Origin: Octopus vulgaris
Lineage: Eukaryota
Assembly: GCA_951406725.2 (NCBI GenBank)
Contig: OX597814.1
Coordinates: 126,356,001 to 126,420,000 of the forward strand
Length of the DNA stretch: 64,000 nt
Reading direction: 5' to 3'
In this document: positions 40,445 to 54,092 of the stretch, one piece after another
How the letters are laid out: each line of letters begins with the position of its first letter
Position numbering within the stretch: the stretch's first letter is position 1
Notes under the pieces: model-generated
Database searches by the model: none
What the model was told of the DNA's origin: nothing
Seen by the model: only the letters and a program-made list of their open reading frames with translations
Translations under genes and position numbers: made by a program

Positions 40445-40940
40445 TCAGACAAGGTCAGCAAAAGTCGGAAACAGGGGTTTATTTTTGACCAAGTATTTCT
40501 CCTGCAGTTGCCTCACCAGGAAGATAGCATTGGTGGTGCTTCTCCCTGACACACATCCAAACTGCATCTCATCTATGCCAATTTCTTCTTAATTAACTAA
40601 GCTATGACCCTTTCTGCAACTTTTCTCATCTGATCTAGCAATTTGATACCCCTGTAATTATTTCTGTCTAAGGCATCACTTTTGCCTTTGTGGCAGTTGA
40701 CTATAATGCTGCTATCATTGGGTATGACCCCTTGTGGACAACCTGCTCAATTATACAGGTGATCAGGTTATATCCCACTCCACCAGCAATTTTAAGCATC
40801 TCACTGGTGATTGCTGATGAGCCAGAGGCTTTCCCTGTCTTCATATCCTTAATTACCTTATCTACTAAGCTACTGTCAATTCGAATAGCCGTCCCCTCTA
40901 TTGGGTCCATATAAAGCAGGCTCTCCTTTTCCCATGCATT
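40445..40940 (-). pseudogene. RTE LINE reverse-transcriptase N-terminal fragment (frameshifted)
   Basis: VDKVIKDMKTGKASGSSAITSEMLK, HKGKSDALDRNNYRGIKLL and STTNAIFLVRQLQEKYLVKNKPLF..FADL are RTE/CR1-type RT domains 0-3. Confidence 0.85.
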
Positions 40941-41635
40941 CTCTAGTTTTTTTGTTTTTTTTCTTATTTCATTGGAGAAACAGAGGTAATACTTGTGACT
41001 GTTGTTCATAAACTGTTGTTAACATCTCTACCATCATAGCGTTAACTATTTCTCCTTAGAATTTAGTCTCATAGCTCTACCCCTCTTAATTCTGACATTT
41101 ATAGCACAAGCAACCATATTTTTGATTATCATAGTACATACTATCATAACTATCACAATTCTAAGTATTATCATTCTCACTATCAAAGTTCTAACAATCA
41201 TAGTTCTGACTATGATATTACTTTTAATGTTTAGCACACTAAATACTTTCTATTGTTTTTAGTCCACCAAATACTGTGTTTAGTACTTATTTCACCAAAC
41301 TCATTATTTAGTGTAAAGTACACCAAATATTGTGTTTAGTGTCTAATAAAATAAAATGCCATCTTTAGTATTTGACGTTTAGTACATTTAATACTTTGTT
41401 TAATGTTTAATAAACTAATGTTTAAAATAATAAATGCTGTTTTTTTGTATTTAGTATGGTAAATACTTTGTTTAAAATTCAGTAGAATAAATACTGTTCA
41501 GTATTTAATATTTCAGTTTCTAATTGTCCAGTTTCAATTTAGAATCATCTCTTTTTTGAAGCATGAAAACTTCCACCAGTTACTGATACTCATCTGTGAA
41601 ATCAAAAACTAAACTACCATGTTGCTCTTTTATAG

Positions 41636-41764
41636 GTACGTTTTCTGGGCTGACCAAGGAACTAAGCAAATTGAGCGTTCTCAGTTAAATGGTAATCACC
41701 GGCGAGTATTAATTGATTCAGATTTGCACTGGCCAAATCAATTGGCAATCAGTCCTGCCACCAG
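41636..41764 (+). CDS. LRP-family exon B (YWTD blade)
   Basis: Acceptor ctcttttatag, donor AG|gtgagt. GG+G completes Gly from exon A, then YVFWADQGTKQIERSQLNGNHRRVLIDSDLHWPNQLAISPAT. 129 nt, phase 2-2. This frame is absent from the ORF track. Confidence 0.93.
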
Positions 41765-41860
41765 GTGAGTTAAATTGTTTTACAATTGATGTTTGCTGGC
41801 AAAACATACTCCTTTTTAATACAATTTTCATCCTTTCCTTCCTCCCTCCCTCTCTCTCTC

Positions 41861-41922
<62 letters not shown>

Positions 41923-44103
41923 TCACTTTGTCTATCTTAAATACTTGTGGTACCTGAAAATTAGGGAAATAAGAAGGAGTACTAGCTAAATGTCATTTGC
42001 AATTGTTTTGTGCAAATCACTATTGTAACCAGTTCATTGGACTGGTCTCAACTTACCTCTATTCAAACTTGTAAAGCTAAGATTGCAATACTTGCAAGGA
42101 CAAAATTCTAGGTTTATATAAGGCTAACTCAATAATCTGCAATTCATGTATTTTCCTCTTTGATGAAAAGGACATATTACTGGGCATTCTGCTGCAAAAA
42201 TGAGAATATCAAGCTAGATGCCCAATGTGTTAAATATTTATTACCACCAATATTATAATAGTATTTATTGCTGTAAAGTTAAGATGCTGGATTACTAACT
42301 TTGAGATCATAATGCAAATTTTGTTATGGAAATAGTATTTTTCCATTACTGATCTGATCTCAAATAGGCATCAATTTCTATTTCTTGGCTTTCTCTCCTT
42401 TTCTATAGTATCTGAAGACTCCAGTCCAACATAGATCCTCTTATTATGGTAGTGACCACTCATCATAGCCCTTTCTGAGTTACAAATCTCTAAACTCTTA
42501 TCCATAGCCTATCTTTGTTGTTCAAACTACAATCTTTATTCAAAATTACCCTAAAATTTCACTCTCCCTTGGGTATAAGCAATACTCTAGTTCATCTCTC
42601 CCTCTCTACTCGCCCAAATGCATTTATCACTCTTTGAACTCATTCAACTACCAACAGCTCTTTCACCATACTTCTTCCTGTATTGAGGACATATGCCTCA
42701 CTTTGTTCCCATTTTATTACCTTCAATAATACAAAGATATTATCACTGCACATTTCAATCAGAGTGAGACAGAAAGAAGAGGAAAGTTGAGGGAACAGAC
42801 AAAGAGAAAATGAAGGATAAGGATATCAGAAACTGACATTTTGGTATCTCACACTAACATTCCTACTCTCCAACCAATCCATTACAACTATCAGTCAATA
42901 TATCTTTCTTGAATCCTCCATGATTTATAACAAGAGGACCTCCGACCACAGATTTTTTTTTTTGTCATACATTGTTGTAAATGATTTCGGAGTTCTGTGC
43001 AAAGCTTCATTTTGAAATAATGATGATATATCAAGACAGATAACTATCAATGCTCATAAAAATATAGACTTCTCTTCAGTGACATATAAATTTCTAACAA
43101 GATCTGTATACTCATCTCATCTTCCATATCATCTTAAATTTTCATTAGGACTTCTTCACAATGTAAGCAATGTTGTACGCTCAACACTCACCACTTTATC
43201 TTTACCATTTATCCCTATTCATGGCAAAATTAACAGCTTCATTAAATTTAATATTGCCTCCAGCTAGATCAGTATTAAGTTGGAAAATGTCTTTTGCAAA
43301 GCTCCTCTAACACATTTAGGTCTGGTAACTTGATTTATGTAATCCAAAATATTGACCTCCATATCACGATATGACATTATGTCATCTCATATGGTATCAT
43401 TCTAATCATAGCCTTATATGTCATACTATTTTACTGCACACTATATTAAACTATACCAACCATATCAGAGTTCAATAACCTGTTAATGCTTTATCATGTA
43501 TATCATACCAGATCATGATGTGCATTGTTATATACATACCACCATCATCATTATTGTTGTTTAATGTCTGCCTTCCATGCTAACACTATATACTGTTTTA
43601 GAATATTTATCTTACGGTATATAATATCATATCTTGCTATATACCATACCACTTTACACAACATACCTTGCAATATGCCATTCCACTTCATACAACAGTA
43701 TACTATTATGTACCATTCCCCTTCAAACAATAAGATATCTTACTAATATCCATACTATTTCATACAATGCCACAACTTGCTATGTAACATATTTTTCTGT
43801 ATATAATTCTAAATCATATAATATAATTCTTTTTTGTTTGCCATATCATTATTCTAGAAAATGGTAAAGTTATAATGTATAATATATGATTCAATACCAT
43901 TCCCAATACAAGAACATGTGAAAACAGCCCAGGTGTCTACTCTAAAACCAGTTTGTGATTAAGGGAACATTTAACTAGTAGAATTATTCATAACATAATA
44001 ATACAAATATCTGAATAAAGTAATTTTTTTTAAAGCACAAAGCATATATTTTCCAATATATCTATATACTCGAATCTTTATCAACTTGTATTTCTATCCT
44101 CAG

Positions 44104-44387
44104 ACGCCTGTATTGGGTCGATGGAATGAACCACATGATCATGTCATGTGACATGAATGGGAAGAACATAAAGCTGGAGCGGAACACAACAGAGAAAACT
44201 GGCAGCAATGTAATATTTGGGCTTGCTTTATCTGGCAATCGAGCCATTATTAGTGTGTGGTTCCAAGCAAGTCTTTATTCAACACTGGTTGAAGCAGCTG
44301 CTGCTTCTTGGAAAGTGGAATCAGAAATAATTGGCACAAATGAACTATTTAGTATCATTGTTGTAGATGGTTCTGTTCAAGCAACAG
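44104..44387 (+). CDS. LRP-family exon C (last two propeller blades)
   Basis: Acceptor ttctatcctcag. AG+A gives Arg, then RLYWVDGMNHMIMSCDMNGKNIK...VIFGLALSGNRAIISVW...SVQAT. Donor G|gtagag. Phase 2-1. Confidence 0.9.
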
Positions 44388-45592
44388 GTAGAGTTGTTTT
44401 TCTTTTTGTTTGTTTGTTTTTGTTCTCTTATATTCTATCTTTTGGCTTACATATTTGACAATTCTCACTTGCAATGTCTTCAGGATTTTAGAAGCTAGGC
44501 CTCATCAGCAATTAATGCAGCTTGGGGGGAATAAACCCAAAGGGCATATTACCAGAGATGTGGCTATAGAAAATTCAAAGATCCCATTTTCAACAATAGG
44601 TCTGTTGATAATTCAGCACATCAGTTACATTAAAAAATCTTTCACCACTTACCTACACTATATCTAAAACATCTCTAAATCCATGGTGCTACTTGATAAG
44701 CAAGTTTTATTATAGGAAGATCATGAGAAGTAAGCCTCTACATGGTCACTTGGTCTGCTAAAAATAGCACCCAAATACTCCTCAAATTACACTCTACTGT
44801 CTTCAAAAGTGGAGAAAATATTATATTTAGATGCACTATATCATAAAATAAGATGGGGTGGTGATGGCTAGAATGCCTTTGAGTAGAGATCAACTTTATT
44901 AGCTGACCTGGGACTAAAACAACCATGGCTGAACACTTGGCTGAACCATTGACATCATCATCATCATTTAACAACTGTTCTCTATGCTAGCACAAGTTGA
45001 ATGGTTTGACAAGATCCATGCTCCAAATGTTTTGGCATGCTTTCTACTGCTAGAGATCATTTCTAACGCCAACCACTTTACAGAGTGTATTGGGTGCTTT
45101 TCCATGGTACCACCACAAGGAATTAAGGAGGCTCCTATAAGTGGAGGAGAGTCGGAAAGAGAGAGTGTGAGAATGTTATGCAAATTGATGGGGAAGGATG
45201 AAGTATAATGAGAGGAACAGATTTATAGCTGTGAGCAGGAAAAAACGATAGCCAGCTCTGATAGTATTATATTGGCCTAAAAATCCATCTGTGCTGGATT
45301 ATGTTATGTGTATGCCTGGTTATGGTCTACAAATCACATCCAAATGTCTGCACTGTCATGTGTGTTGAAGTGTTCCTGTATCAAGATATATGTTAGTCTT
45401 TATGTTTGCATGTGTCATGCACAATAGCTCTTTATGACAAAAACCATGACCATTGGTTTATACCTGTGTAATATTCATCTGTACATGTTTATATATGTAT
45501 GAGATTAAGAAAGAGTTAGAGAGAAATTCTCACACATACATGAAATTTGGACACACACACACACTCATATTATACATTGAAATCTAATCTCT

Positions 45593-45632
<40 letters not shown>

Positions 45633-46554
45633 TCTCTAGTGACCTGCTCATTTAGACGTTTGCATGAATTGTTAGAGCAAATGTTTTACAGTTGGATGAC
45701 CTCCTAACTTTAACATCTCAACTGTAAAGTGGTAGTGTGTATCTACAAATCTACAAATATGGTGTGATTGTGTGTGTGTGTGTATGAGATAGAGAGAGAG
45801 AGATTTGTGTGTATGTGTCTGCATGTTTGTGTATGTATGTATATATTTCAGTGTGGCCAGTATGTGAACAGCTGAAATGGTCAGTAACACAGCATGACCA
45901 AAATGCTTGTGAAGCAGAAAATTTTGGTCTTGAAAGATCACTAACTAAACCATGATAGTTGGTTGCTATGACAACTAGAATTATTTCATCTCAAAGACTT
46001 CCAGAAACTTCCAAACATGCAATGAAGAGATAATTTAAATTCTATTTTTTAAAGATTTTTATTTTTAAAGTATATTTTCTTTCTTCTGTGAAACTATGTA
46101 TGATCTCATTTTTTTTCTCATTTTTGAAATATAGTTCCTTCATATATTTAACTTTCTTATTCAATAGTCTATGACAGCTCCCAAAATATAAGGTTCAGGT
46201 TCAACACCAACTTGATTCTCTATACTTGTTTAATTGATTGATTGTATGTATGTGTATAGTTTTGTATATTACCCATGTATGTATATATATATATATATAT
46301 ACACATGTCCCTAGGTCACAAAAAAGGCACTCTAAAAGAGAAATAATAGAATGGTTTTGGCCAGCATGTATTACCAAGTACAACTGTCAGCACAAGACTA
46401 CTGATAACATTCTGACTTGTGTGCCATAACCAGTAATAAACAACTCAACAATATAAACTGTGTGTGCACGCATGTGTTCTTAATGAAATATTTATTCATT
46501 GTATTAATTATTAGAGTAATATTTCTAATTTAACTTTTTTTTTTATTTCCATAG

Positions 46555-46692
46555 TTTACCAACATCCATGCAGTCAACCAGGAAATGGTGGCTGTTCTCA
46601 CCTGTGCATGCCAAAAGGAGGTATCAAATATATATGTGTTTGCCCATCATTTGGAGGTTTGGCTCTTTCCAAAGACAAAAAGACATGTGAAG
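46555..46692 (+). CDS. LRP-family exon D (EGF-like module after propeller)
   Basis: Poly-T tract plus ccatag acceptor. G+TT gives Val, then YQHPCSQPGNGGCSHLCMPKGGIKYICVCPSFGGLALSKDKKTCE, a six-Cys NGGCSHLC EGF. Donor G|gtaaac. Phase 1-1. Confidence 0.95.
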
Positions 46693-47357
46693 GTAAACCA
46701 TCACCGGTCATAATATTGTTGATATTGACTTACCTTTTTGTATGTGTGTATGTATGTAGTGTGTTGTGTGTTTATACAAACATTTGTGTCAGCCAGTGTT
46801 TTTATATGTGTCTGCATATCGTTTATGTATGACTGTGAACATCTGTGTGTTCCTCTGTGTATATTTGCGTAAACTGTCCAACCCATGCCAGCGAGGGACA
46901 TGGATGCTAAATGACGATGATGGTGATGAGGATGATTGCATATATTTCTTTGTATATGACTGTGAATGCATGTACCTGTGTATATTATAGTGTGTGTATA
47001 TTATAGTGTGTGTATATTCTATGTATATTTGTGTGTGGAGTGTATATTTTCATGAATGTATGTCTGCATATGTATCTGTATGTATGTTTGCATAGATGTC
47101 CATGTCTATGGTTTGTGTATATAGTTTGTTTATATGTATATTTGTGCTTGTGTTCTTATATGTGATTTTGTCTTTGTGATTGTGTGTGAGTGTATGTGAG
47201 TATATTGTTATTGTTGGATTGATTATTCTTGAAATATGTTTCCATTAGCATTTTGAACTTATTTAAAGGTTTTCAAAACAGCAATGTTTGACAAGTCTTT
47301 TCTGTAGCTGTAAGGAAGATATTTATGTGTGTGTGTGGGGGGATATAAATGTATGTG

Positions 47358-47410
<53 letters not shown>

Positions 47411-47784
47411 GTGTGGATGAAAGCCCACTGGAACTGAAACCTCCACATTGCTCTTGCATTCTGAGTTCAAATTCTACCAAGATCATTTTTATCTTTCATC
47501 CATCTAGTGCTGATGAAATTAAGTTTCAGTCCAAGGCAGTGGATTGGCAGAATTATTAGAAAATCAATCAAGGTGTTATGTGGTATCTGTTGCAACCTTT
47601 TGCATTCTAAATTCTTAGGTGGTAAGCAACCAGTTTAACACTGCCATCTAGTACTTGGATGCTTTTATTGGAACTCACTCAGGCAAACATTTGAGCCAGT
47701 CCTACCACTAATCTCAGAGGCCTTGGAAAATATAGAATCATAGGTGCTGCCTTTCTCTTCCTGATCAAGTCATAGAAATATTAC

Positions 47785-48305
47785 AGGCACAGGAATGGCT
47801 GTGTGGGCAAGCAGCAATCGGCAGGTGTTGCTTGTTGCCCTCATTTATCATCATTTTCATTTGTCATTTCATATAACATTATGTCTATGTCCAACCTGCA
47901 GCTTCCCTTCTATGTAAGGCCTTTATGGCCAATATAAGGAATAAAGAAGTTTACTTCCCAGCCACATGGTTCTGCGTTCAGTTACACTGCATGGCACCTT
48001 GAGTAAGTATCTTCTGCTATAGCCTTTGGCTAACCAAAGCCTTGTGAGGGAATTTGATAGGCAGAAACAAAAAGAAGCCCATAATGTGCATGTGTGTGTG
48101 TATTTTTGGTTGTGTTTGTCCCCACCACCACATGACAGCTGGTGTTGGTTTTTTTACATCCCTGTAAATTGGTTGTTTCACAAAAAGAAATCAAAAGAAT
48201 AAGCACCAAGCTTACAAAAATTAAGTACTGGGATTGATTTCTTTAGCTAAAACCTTCAAGGTGGTGCCCCAGCATGGTCAGTCTAATGACAGAAACAAGT
48301 AAAAG
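47785..48305 (+). mobile_element. SINE family A, tail type 1, interrupted at 47807-47943
   Basis: ggcacaggaatggctgtgtgg | insert | aagaagtttacttcccagccacatgg...gaaacaagtaaaag. Confidence 0.8.
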
Positions 48306-48943
48306 AAGAAAAAAATTATATTACATATATCCAGTGAAATCTCACTGCCAGATTAAAGTTTTTATATCAGCACATGTTAATTTTGTTACATTCTATTTAA
48401 TACTATCACATGTGCAGTTTGTGCCTCAAATATGTTATTTTGTTTTGATTTGGTCCTGAAGTCTGTCTCTCTCTCTCCCCATTACACAATCTAAGAGTGG
48501 TGACAAACATCCAATTTATTCAGATCATTTCCAAGGGTCTTTATGTGTTTACTCACCATCCTTACGGCTCATAATTAGATCACACCTATTATTGATTTAA
48601 CCTCAGACTGAACGATGAAAACATGTTGACAGCAGATTTTTAATATTTTTATTTTCTCTCAGTGATACTTTTTATACTTACATGTTTTATTTTGCTTAAA
48701 TGTAAACAAAAAGGCACCACTCAACTTAGTTGAGTGTAACTCAGGATAAGAGCTACATGGACCCAAACACAGAAGACAATCTAAAGAAGGGAGATATAGA
48801 AGTTACAAGATCCTTTAACCAAATATAAGTTCAAAAATTTACTAGCTGATACATTATTCCAAGAAGGAGGTAGGAATAGCTGCTAGAAATAACAAAATAA
48901 AATTGCACCTCATACAAAAAAGATTGCAAAGTATGTCGAAGTA

Positions 48944-49330
48944 TGCAAGAGTGGCTGAGTGGTAAGTAGCTTGCTTACCAACCACATGGTTCCAGGTTTA
49001 TTCCCACTGCGTGGCACCTTGGGCAAATGTCTTCTACTATAGCCTCGAGCCAACCAAAGCCTTGTGAGTGGATTTAGTATACAGAAACTGAAAGAAGCCT
49101 GTCGTATATATGTATGTGTAAGTATATGTTTGTGTGTCTGTGTTTGTTCCTCCAACATTGCTTGACAACCGATGGTGGTGTGTTTACATCCCCGTAACTT
49201 AACAGTTTGGCAAAAGATACCGATAGAATAAGTACTAGGCTTACAAAGAATAAGTCCTGGGTTGATTTGCTCAACTAAAAGGCGGTGCCCCAGCATGCCT
49301 GCAGTCAAATCACCGAAACAAGTAAAGAGA
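48944..49330 (+). mobile_element. SINE family A, best-preserved copy
   Basis: gagtggctgagtggtaagtagc (A-box-like)...ggtttattccc (B-box-like)...actgcgtggcaccttgggcaa...gaaacaagtaaagag. Confidence 0.9.
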
Positions 49331-49394
49331 GTATGCATATGCAATAAACAAGAAAGGAAACAAAGTGCAATATGTAGAATGGGTTAAAATGTAA

Positions 49395-50000
49395 TTTTTA
49401 TTTATTTCAAATAAGGTCTCTCACAAAGGATTGAAAGCCACCTAGGGAAGATCAAAGGCCCAAACAAGCTTTTACTTCAAGCACTTTCCTTTTCCAAATG
49501 CAACAGCCAGACAGAAACTCAGCACTGGCCCACTCATGCACATTAGTTTCACAACTTGCACTTACCTTTTATCAAATTTTCTTTGAGCTCAGCAAGTCCC
49601 TCTCCACTCTCACATCCCACTGTGAGTAATACTTAGAGAAGTTAATGAGAGTTTGGTTTTATAAAGAGAGACAAGAGTCCTTTCCTCAACCCTTTCAAAT
49701 TGCATCAACCTCTTTCACCCAAATTGCAAGCATAGAGTGGAAACTGCTTGCCCATCTTTCAAGAACAGGCAAGTAATCAAACAACTCAATTGATGGCCAG
49801 ACATTTCCTATACATCACCACAGTAGTTTTCTATAATAAGTCTCATTGATATAATGACAAACCTGCATCTTGGACAGGCCCAACTGATGGTACATCAGCA
49901 CTTGTAAAGCTTATCCTAATCTAGCAACACCCCAGCCTCTCCCTCCTGCTAACTCTGCTAGGCTACAGATGTTTACAAGTCTTACAATATGTTTTTGTCA
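49395..50000 (-). mobile_element. Possible decayed L1/Tx1-like LINE 3' end
   Basis: The minus strand ends in aaataaataaaa. Fragmentary peptides (VRVERDLLSSKK) resemble L1/Tx1 C-termini from memory only. Confidence 0.3.
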
Positions 50001-50628
50001 TTCATACTCATTAAAATCACTGTTGTTGCTCAACTACACATGATGCAATTCCCTCGCTAATCATTAACTACCCCACCTCCTCATAACACATTTATTACGT
50101 ACTCAATTTATAGAATGATATCAGTGTTTTTAAGGTTTTTACTATTGACAAAGTATTGACTTTCTTTTCTATTAAAATAAATATCTTATGTATGAGAGTG
50201 TGTGCATACATATAGGTATGCACATGTATGTATGTGTGTGTGTGTGCATACGCATATAATACCTACATACACATGTATGTGTAGATTCACAACCACACTT
50301 CATACACACACACACACACCATATGCATATAAGATATTGTTCGGTAAAATAGGAATAACTGAGGAAGCCATTAAAAGCTTAAGCTGAAATTCTAAGTCGT
50401 TAAACAGTGTTTTCATCTAATTTTCCCTCCAAGTCAACTTTTTTAGCTTCACTTAAAGAATTTGCACAGTTTGTAGTTAATGTTTCAGTAATCTGTCATC
50501 TATGTTTAATGAGGCAAGCTACAGCTCTGCTCCCTCTACATCTGCAGGTTCTCCTTGCTAGGATATAGTTAATCGTTTTTGCCTAGTAATTATGCTTTTA
50601 ATATTTAAAACTATATATCCTGAAATCA

Positions 50629-50660
<32 letters not shown>

Positions 50661-50742
50661 GTTTGTACACATACGTATACCCATGCATATGTATACACAC
50701 TGTACACACATATATATTTATATACATATTTATGTGTGTGTG

Positions 50743-50781
<39 letters not shown>

Positions 50782-50897
50782 CAAGTGCTATATGGACACA
50801 GACTGTGTCGATAGTCAGCTGGAAAAGATGTTCTCTTGGGGCTAAAACAACAGTAACATCATTCTTTATAGGACTGCCACATTCTATTGGCATATTA

Positions 50898-50976
<79 letters not shown>

Positions 50977-51375
50977 GCACTTATTTTATGCCATCTTTCC
51001 ATGCTGGTATTGGTTGGACAGGTTATCACAGTCTAAGTAATTTCTTATTTGGAGTCACTGCTCTCATAGTCTGGTGTTCATACTTGTCATTTGGTTGGGT
51101 TTAAACAGCCAGATGCTCTTCCTATTGCCAGCTGCTTTACAGAATGCATTTGTTGCCTTTCCTCATGACATCAGCACCTAAGAGGTTGATTAAGACCTTG
51201 GTGAGACAAGAACTAAAGGGATCTCACAATGGCTTTCTCCACCCAGGAGAGTGATAATAGAAGAAAGGCTAGAATGAGTAATTTAAATAAGTATGAGTGT
51301 TACTGCAGAGAGTATTCAGTAACTTAAGATTTGTACTTTCACTCAGGTGACTGAAGTGGAGAATAGAGAGGAGGA

Positions 51376-51411
<36 letters not shown>

Positions 51412-51659
51412 ATTGATCAACCAGGGCTAGAGCAGAAGTCATTTGTCCATGGTATCTTGCTCTAGAATTGAAACTGAAGCCAAGTGGTTGCATAGTGAAC
51501 TTTGGAACCACACAGCTATGCCTATTAATATATATAGTTATGTATGTATGTACATCATCAGAAATGGTAGCAACTCTTGTTTTACATCCATTTCCCATGC
51601 TGCCATGCTTCAGATGGTTTGACATACTCTTGCTAACCATTGTGCTCTCACTACTATAA

Positions 51660-52012
51660 GCTCTTGTACAGGTACCACAATAAAATGCACTAAGTGCTAT
51701 CTGTTAAGTGTGTGGCCAGGAAGTCCTTTTAGTTTTGTTAAAGACATGACAACCTCCCTAGTACTGGCAACTCTAAAAAATGCACCCAGTACACTCTGTA
51801 AAGTGGTTGCTGTTAGGAAAGGCATCCAGCCATGGAAACCATATCAAAATAGAAATGGAGGCTCAATGTAGGCTTCTGATCTGTTCAGTCCTATCAAACC
51901 ATCCAACTCATGCAACCATGCCATGGAATACAGATGCGAAATGATGATGATCAACATCTCTGTTCAGCCCATGCCAGCATGGAAAATGGACGTTAAATGT
52001 TGATGAGGATGA
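51660..52012 (+). mobile_element. RTE 3' end fragments
   Basis: gcacccagtacactctgtaaagtggttg..., and ccatgccagcatggaaaatggacgttaaatgttgatgaggatgat. Confidence 0.75.
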
Positions 52013-52029
52013 TATATATATATGTATAA

Positions 52030-52446
52030 TTAAGGGCATAGAAAAAATTCTAACCTATATGCTGAAAATAAATGCTAAATCATCTAACCACTTGAAAAAT
52101 CATCACAAAGTTACATACAGGTTGAAATCGAGGGAGCAAGCCAATGGAAATTAATAACAATATTTCTGGATTTGCCCAAAGGTTTTTCCTCATCAGCAGA
52201 GCATACATATGGGAAATAAATGAGATATTTATAAATACCTACAGGAAAAATTGAAAAATATATATTAAAAAAATTTACAGAATGAGATAAAAATCCAAGG
52301 CTGTGAAAGATTTCAGAATATATATAAATAGGTCTTAACAGCTGTTTCCAGGATATTTTATATCTCCCTTCATCAGAGACGGTGTGAGAAAAAATGGTTA
52401 AGCAATAGTTATTCTAGATAAGATATGAAATAGAGAGTACAAAAAC
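52030..52446 (-). mobile_element. PLE pseudo-LTR-like insert between (TA)n runs with two hammerhead cores
   Basis: CTGATGA...GAAA cores at 52332-52380 and 52155-52200, both on the minus strand. Confidence 0.6.
52332..52380 (-). ncRNA. Minimal type-I hammerhead ribozyme motif
   Basis: gtct-CTGATGA-a-ggga[gatataaaata]tcct-g-GAAA-cagctg-t-TA-agac. Intact core, 4-bp stem I, palindromic cagctg in stem III. Confidence 0.72.
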
Positions 52447-53658
52447 ATATATATACATATTATATAATATTATATTCATTTACTTATCTTATCAATTTAG
52501 CCCACCAAACTATCTCATCTTTTTAACTCTGAGCAAGCTGCATCTTTACCATCCCTTTCACTTGACTTCACTTTGACCTTCCCCTTCATCCTTCTTTTAG
52601 ACCCACATATAAAGGCTGCTTTAGACCAAGCTCACCTCACCTACCCAATATTTGCTAACTTTACCCTGTTAGACACATCCTGCTCTACTACCAAATAGCA
52701 CACTCTCTCTCAAGTCACTACCATTGCCACCCAACACCTTCTAGGGCATCCTTTAACCTTTCTTTTTCTCACTGCATTCACTTGCTGCTCCCACCCTTTT
52801 TCTCACTGTCCTCTCCACAACCACCTCATCTGAGAAGCTTTCTCTGCATCCACATTTGGTATAATGGTTGGATGGAATCCTCCAGCCTCTCATTGCCTCA
52901 TTACTCTCACAGCACCCAACTCCTTGCTCTTCATTTTTTTCCTCATTGTCCCCTCCCCACAGATTCTCTGCCCCTTATAAAGGTAGGATAGCTTTGGACC
53001 TTCTCCCAAAACAACGCACCTCATTGCTTTTCCACTTTGTCCCACCTTTTCTCAATGAACCATGACACTAATCCTTTCCCTTTGCCTTGTCTCTTACCAT
53101 CTTCCTTTCCCATTACTGTCCACTCTGTTACTCTTTCCACTACCACCTTCTTACAACTTTACATCTGTCATCCCTCACCATCCTCATCACACCCTCTCTC
53201 ATCTTTCCTTCAATAATAAAAGCCACTTTAGACCCTCAGTCTTGCAAGTTGCAAGGTGGTCTCATTAGTGTTGGTGTCATGTAAAATAGCACCTGGTATA
53301 CTTTGTAACAATGGTTGGCATTAGGAAAGGCATCCACCCATAGAAACTATACCAAAGCAAACACGGGAGCAAGCTGTCAACCCATACCAGTGTGGAAGAT
53401 AGATAAAATGATGATGCTATATATACATGTATGTGACCCGATAATTTGAACTATACATTTGCTAAGTGTTTTAGGTGCCTATCTAGTTGTGAGTATGCAG
53501 ACACACCCTCTCAGCCCTCCAAAACTTGACTAATTGGAACATCAAGTGCAGCAGCCAACCAGCACTAATTTTCAGCCGATTAGACTGAAGCAACATGAAA
53601 TGAAGTGCCTTGCTCAAGAACACAACACAGCTGATCCATCCACTCATCCATACATATA

Positions 53659-54092
53659 CAGTACCTCGCAAAAGTCTTCAGCCACTTTAAACCATTGTAA
53701 ATTTCTACTAATTGCTGACTTATAAGTGGATGTACATTGTTAATATTTCATGTGGCTTCCCTTAGCTTGAATAATTGCTTCAATGCACCTGGGAAGAGAT
53801 GCGTACAATTCCTTCACCATCTTCACAGGTTTGAGATGTCATACTCTGATATGGAGCTTCCCACAGCTCTTCAAGATTGCATGGATTCTTCAGACAAACT
53901 CTTCTCTTTAGTTCTGTCCACATTTGCTCGATGATATTTAAGTCAGGGCTCTGAGCTGGTCAATCTTTCAATACTGTAACACCATCATCAGCCAAGCTCT
54001 GTTGTGTTGCATGCGACACATCCACTTATAAGTTGGCAACTGGTAGAAATTTACAATAGTTTAAAGTGGCTGAAGACTTTTGCACAGTACTG
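53659..54092 (-). mobile_element. Internally deleted Tc1-family DNA transposon
   Basis: About 75-bp TIRs starting CAGT, with TA on both sides (53657-58, 54093-94). Minus-strand remnant VLKD*PAQSPDLNIIEQMWTELKRRV...SLPRCIEAIIQAKGSHMKY* carries the Tc1 WPxxSPDLNxIE motif. Confidence 0.92.

Noticed and set aside
48944-49010. Possible tRNA gene
   Set aside because: The tRNA-like boxes belong to a multi-copy SINE head, with no complete cloverleaf.
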